From the NCBI RefSeq assembly GCF_001194135.2, contig NC_068983.1, positions 121,086,740 through 121,139,289 of the forward strand: a stretch of DNA of 52,550 nt. Reading direction: 5' to 3'. The translations under genes and the position numbers were made by a program. Source of the DNA: Octopus bimaculoides (Eukaryota). The notes under the pieces were generated by a model. That model was not told where the DNA came from and ran no database searches. It was given only the letters and a program-made list of their open reading frames with translations. This document shows, one piece after another, positions 47,576 to 52,550 of this stretch. How positions within the stretch are numbered: position 1 is the stretch's first letter; the number at the start of each line of letters is the position of its first letter.

Positions 47576-48694
47576 ATAAGAATTTTATATAAAAATGTGT
47601 ATGATTAGAGAAAAAGACCATAGCTAATAGAGGCATAAATGTTCTCAAGTTCACAATTCACTGTTATCTGTCTCATGTACTGTTTTGGCAGTGCTTCTTA
47701 AGTTAGAAAAACAAACTTCCAACTCAAGTGGCAGTTAGTGTGGTAACTGACACCATTAATCAATGATCTTATCACTATTCTTGAAATCAAGGTTTGCAAG
47801 TGTTTCATTAAATTGATAAAACACTGTTACATAATTTAAAAGCATTAACAGATCCTAAATTTTCTGAATTATTTCTATCCATTGGCACTCTAAATTCCAG
47901 CTGATAGTTGTTATCGCCTGTGATTGGTTAAGTAGAAAAGGCTTTCTACTTTAAATTCCTTTGATGTCTCAATAAGCATCTGTTTCCTGTTCGTACATAA
48001 GAGACAATACAAGTTTCCAGCCTGCATAAATACCAGTGAGACAGACTAAGCTTAAAATGCTTTGATCATGCAAGTTGTTCCAATGTAATATGTTTTGTGC
48101 AACACATTAACTTCATCTTATTGTACGTACAAATATATGTAATGTAATAATATGCTATGTTTTGTACTACACATCCACTCTATATTACTAGTGTCTACCA
48201 ATATTGTGTATTGTGGTATTATATTTGGTACCACACATCAACTTTATATCTGTACATATGTACCAACACTTTGTGATGCAGTATTATAATGCTTCATACA
48301 ATATATCAACTCTCTCTTAATAACTGTATTAATATGTCTTAATGTAGCACGAAAGATGAGATCAGGGAACACATTTTCAGCAAGTAGTGAAACAATATAG
48401 TTACTGCATGGTTAGAATGGTTACAACTGCACATGGCCTGATGTGATGGCTGTATGGATAATAGATGTAGGAAAGGAAAACAACTTCCTTCAGTGTAGGT
48501 CAAAAAACAACGTGGACATCCTCTAGCATGGCCGAATCATTACTGTTGGAAGGTACCAAAAACAGTTGTGGTCCCCAGCTGACAGCTGGTAACACTAGTA
48601 TCCTTGAGTGCAAGTAGTGTGTAAAATATGAATGATAATGTGTTTTACACAACATATCGACCTTATTTTTGTAATATGTACCAATATTATGGAA

Positions 48695-48880
48695 TGTAAT
48701 CCTAGAACCTGTGTGTCAACTGGCCTTATGGAAATCAGTTGAAGCAAGAATCAACAGGGGAAGAAAACATCTAACCTATGTGGACAATTTACTCCTGGAC
48801 AGTGGAATAGCAAATTTTGATGAATTAAGAACATGCATGAGGAAACATGGATGGAGGGTGTGCTTGCATGAAATCATTGA
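48695..48880 (+). mobile_element. Old RTE-X/RTE-like LINE ORF2 C-terminal relic
   Basis: EPVCQLALWKSVEARINRGRKHLTYVDNLLLDSGIANFDELRTCMRKHGWR resembles the RTE-X C-terminus LVLW.P..G..NRGR...TY.D.L..DTG...ELRT.M.DR..WR. Confidence 0.7.
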
Positions 48881-50297
48881 AGTATCTGGGAAGACAGCTA
48901 AACTAAAAACTAAAAGTATTAGATATTGTATCTTTTGTGCAACACAAGTTTGTCTCATGAGTATGTTCTAATATTGTGCAATGCAATACAATTGCAGCTA
49001 TCAAGATTGAGCATTTCCGCACATTGGTCAATACCTGCATTAATCATAAGTTATTTGAGCAGAGAAGGCATAATAACTTTAAAGTTGTACCATTGAATGA
49101 ATGGGGTATTTCAGCTCCTCTGTTAACATCAGTTAACTGTCTGTTTGTTTGATTTTGTTGCATGCACTGTACTGCACATATAGTCAAGGCACTTGCCTAT
49201 CACCAGCCAAGTTCATTTACTTGGAAGTACTACAAAGTTATATTTCACACTTAAAAAAATGCAAATACTGTAAAAAAAAAAATTCTTTCACAAACTTCAA
49301 GTGCTTAGTTCAAGTTTCCTGTATATATAACTTGATAATTGAAGTTATGTTTGATTGGTTCAGCTCAGTAATTATGTTGGGGAATGAATATTTGATGATT
49401 CAAAATTGAAGAAGCTAAAGGTAGACAAATATGTGATCTAATATCTAATATTATTTTTAGTGCCAAGTATAGAAAACAAGTCTAGTGAAGGAAGAGGCAA
49501 GGCAACACTTGTTTTCTTCAGAGGTCCTCCAAATAGGTGTGATCAATGAGGTTGATATTCAATTTGAACTTCTGTAGTTTGATTCCAGAAGAATAGAATG
49601 TGTGTAGAGGAGCGGTTGGTAAAAGTATTTATGGTTGGGTCAGATGAATAGCATACTGAGAAAAGATTGAGTTGTGCACTAGCTGGTCTAAAACAGAGTT
49701 AGTAGACAATTTGTTAGTTCAGAGAAACAGAAACCATTATACAGTGAAATTCATGAGTTTGAATAAGTTTATATACCATGGAAAAGAATCTGATATTTTG
49801 CAACTGGTTCTATGATTGTGAAGAAAAAGATTTTTCAAGTGAGAAGAAGCCATTACAGTAACAATATAAGAGTCAGAGAGAAGAAAAAACATATCTGTGA
49901 GCAGTGATCATTGTGTTGGTGAGTGATTCTTGCCAATCAGCTGCATATAGTCAGATATATTGTCCTGTATAGCAGTAATACTGTCCTTGATAGCTGAGCA
50001 ATGCTCTAAATATGAGTCTTACTTGTGTTTTGTTGCGGTTTAGCAGCTGATTAGAGTGAACTAAAGCATTTTGTGGTGTCTGACGAATATCAAGGCCTAG
50101 TCTTTGTGGTGCAGTTTTGCTGATTCTGTATAAAAAAAAGAGATTATCAGAGGCTGTGAGGCATAACAATTTGTATAAGCTTATTTATTATTCATGTATA
50201 GAGAGAGTGTGGTGCAAGATTGTTTCCTCAATACATTTGTTGTAATTGCATTTTTGTGCTTTTGCATTAAAGAAAGATATTAACTCTCTTCTACTAG

Positions 50298-50657
50298 TCT
50301 CAACCACATGGTTTTAGGTTCACTCCTATTGCATGGTACCTTGGGTAAGTGTCTTTTACTATAGCCTCAGGTTGACCAAAGCCTTGTGAGTGGATTTAGA
50401 TGATGGAAACTGGAAGAAGCCTGTTTGTGTGTGTGTGTGTAGTGTGCATGCGTGTGTGTGTGTGTGTACCCCACTATTGCTTGACAACTGCTTATGTCCC
50501 TGTAACTTAACAGTTGAACAAAAGAGATTGATAGAGTAAGTACCATGGTTAAAAAGAAAATAAGTACTGGGGTCAATTAGTGCAATTAAAATTCCTCACG
50601 GTGCTACCCCAGCATGGTCACAGTTTAATCACTGAAACAAGATAAAAGAGAAAAGAT
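50298..50657 (+). mobile_element. Family A SINE (5'-clipped)
   Basis: caaccacatggttttaggttc...gtaccttgggtaagtg...actgaaacaagataaaagag. Confidence 0.85.
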
Positions 50658-50959
50658 ACATAAATATATTTTCACATTTTAATGTTTTACTTATTAAATA
50701 TACTTTTACCTATATAACTGTCTAATTATCATACAGATAAAAAAAAAAGTCTCATGCTAGTTCATTTTGAGTTTTAATTGACTCATTATATACTGTACTG
50801 TTCCATTGCATCTACTGCTGTGGCCCAATCAGTTGTATAAATGAATGTGTACAACAAGAAAGCTACAGTGTATTTGATATTTGTATAAGTGTGTCTATAT
50901 ATTTTTTAAATCAGATTCGTTTGGAGAAAAGGTTGTGCTTTGATAGTCATTGTCCCTTT

Positions 50960-51300
50960 AAAACTGATGAGACTGACATGGTTAACATTCCTGTTGAATA
51001 GTTGCATGTCATCATATGCAGAAAAAATGTGTAGGGAGAAAATTCCAGAGGGTTTACTGAGTATAGTGCTTCATACAGGACTAATGTGTAACTGACAATA
51101 TGGGTGATAAGAGAAGAGAAGAGTGAACTGAGAGTGCCTAAATGAAGTAGGAGGAAATCAACCGGTTCTGAGGAGCAAGGGCCATTGACTTAAAGGTAGA
51201 AAAGACAAAGAAAAAGGATAGTTCATTAGTGAATCAGAGGTCATAAACCATGTCCCAACTTGAAGCAATGTGGCAGTCAGCAGATATGGACTGAAAGTCT
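50960..51300 (-). mobile_element. Decayed CR1-clade LINE 3' end
   Basis: L*PLIH**TILFLCLFYL*VNGPCSSE...HPYCQL...MQLFNRNVNH resembles CR1 LQPLAHRR...LCLFYRYYNG.CSSEL...HPYCV...DLQ.FKRNVN. Confidence 0.6.
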
Positions 51301-51387
51301 GGCATATTTCTTATAAATTAGGAACCAGTAATATAGGAGTTGATTTCATCCTAAATTCTTTCTTACATAGAAATATATATAGAATAT

Positions 51388-51714
51388 AGGTACAGGTGTG
51401 ACTGTGTAGTAAAAAGCTTGTTACCTAATCACATGGTTCTGGGTTCAGTCTCATTGCTTGGCATCTTGTGCAAGTGTCTTTTTCTATTAATTTCAGGTCA
51501 ACCAAAGCCTTGTGAGTGGATTTGGTAGAAGGAAACTGAAAGAAGCCTGCCATATATGTGTGTGTGTGTGCGTGTGTCTTTCTGCCTGTGTTTATACCTC
51601 CTTAACCCAACAGTTTAGCAAAAGATACCAAGTTTTGTGGTATATTTGTTCAACTAAAACCTTCAAGGCAGTGCCCCAGCATGGCCACAGTCAAATGACT
51701 GAAAAAAACAAAAG

Positions 51715-51715
<1 letters not shown>
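51388..51715 (+). mobile_element. Family A SINE
   Basis: aggtacaggtgtgactgtgtagtaaaaagc ... cacagtcaaatgactgaaaaaaacaaaaga. Confidence 0.88.
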
Positions 51716-51745
<30 letters not shown>

Positions 51746-52234
51746 NNNNNNNNNNNNNNNNNNNNNNNNNNNNNNNNNNNNNNNNNNNNNNNNNNNNNNN
51801 NNNNNNNNNNNNNNNNNNNNNNNNNNNNNNNNNNNNNNNNNNNNNNNNNNNNNNNNNNNNNNNNNNNNNNNNNNNNNNNNNNNNNNNNNNNNNNNNNNNN
51901 NNNNNNNNNNNNNNNNNNNNNNNNNNNNNNNNNNNNNNNNNNNNNNNNNNNNNNNNNNNNNNNNNNNNNNNNNNNNNNNNNNNNNNNNNNNNNNNNNNNN
52001 NNNNNNNNNNNNNNNNNNNNNNNNNNNNNNNNNNNNNNNNNNNNNNNNNNNNNNNNNNNNNNNNNNNNNNNNNNNNNNNNNNNNNNNNNNNNNNNNNNNN
52101 NNNNNNNNNNNNNNNNNNNNNNNNNNNNNNNNNNNNNNNNNNNNNNNNNNNNNNNNNNNNNNNNNNNNNNNNNNNNNNNNNNNNNNNNNNNNNNNNNNNN
52201 NNNNNNNNNNNNNNNNNNNNNNNNNNNNNNNNNN

Positions 52235-52550
52235 TTGAGTATGTGTGTGTTCGTGTTTGTGTGGGGTTGTAGGTGTTGGGTACGTGTATGTGTGTGTGTG
52301 TATTTTGTATGTGCGCGTGTGTGTATGTGTATGTTTTTGTGCGTGCATGTGTGTATGTGTATGTTGTGTATATGTGCGTTGCTGTGTACGTGTGTGTGCA
52401 TGCGTTTGCTATTGTATGTGCGTGTGTTGGGGGACTGTGAGTGTTAGGTACAGGTGTGTGTGTGTATGCGCAAGTGTGCGTTTGTATAAGTGTGTGGGCG
52501 AGTCTGAGCATGCGAGTGCATGCATACGTGTTGTGTGTGTGTGGTGTGTT
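52235..52550. repeat. Cryptic (GT)n-rich simple repeat
   Basis: Directly visible. Confidence 0.9.

Noticed and set aside
49440-50250. Possible decayed Penelope-like or other retroelement coding sequence
   Set aside because: I could not recover any diagnostic RT or GIY-YIG motif by eye.

Overview
This is a eukaryotic, AT-rich, repeat-dense draft-assembly window with seven N-gaps. The SINE, RTE and MITE content points to an octopus (coleoid cephalopod) genome; this is inferred from recalled repeat families, not from a search. The only host coding sequence I can support is one 109-nt + strand exon at 29173-29281 ([36 protein letters not shown]). It encodes the first half of the C1B domain of a conventional, Ca2+-dependent protein kinase C (PKC alpha/beta, Aplysia Apl I type). 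I found neither neighbouring exon, so the rest is probably very large introns (at least 29 kb upstream and 23 kb downstream) unless exons are hidden in gaps. The introns hold three or more tRNA-derived SINE families (over 40 copies or fragments), RTE LINE 3' ends and ORF2 fragments, CR1 and RTE-X relics, an R4/Dong-like restriction-endonuclease retroelement, two mariners of different subfamilies, one hAT MITE, piggyBac-type MITEs and many microsatellites. The most interesting observations are: (i) the R4/Dong-like element inserted twice into (ATT)n SINE tails; (ii) SINE tail-swapping at a central microsatellite; (iii) a 65-66-bp hairpin repeat array in the RTE 3' UTR; (iv) a perfect palindrome inside a 56-bp direct repeat; and (v) speculative microexon and internal-first-exon candidates in the PKC intron. 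Most ORFs in the supplied track are microsatellite, gap or SINE artefacts. There is no CRISPR array and no functional rRNA or tRNA gene. Boundaries of old repeats are approximate.
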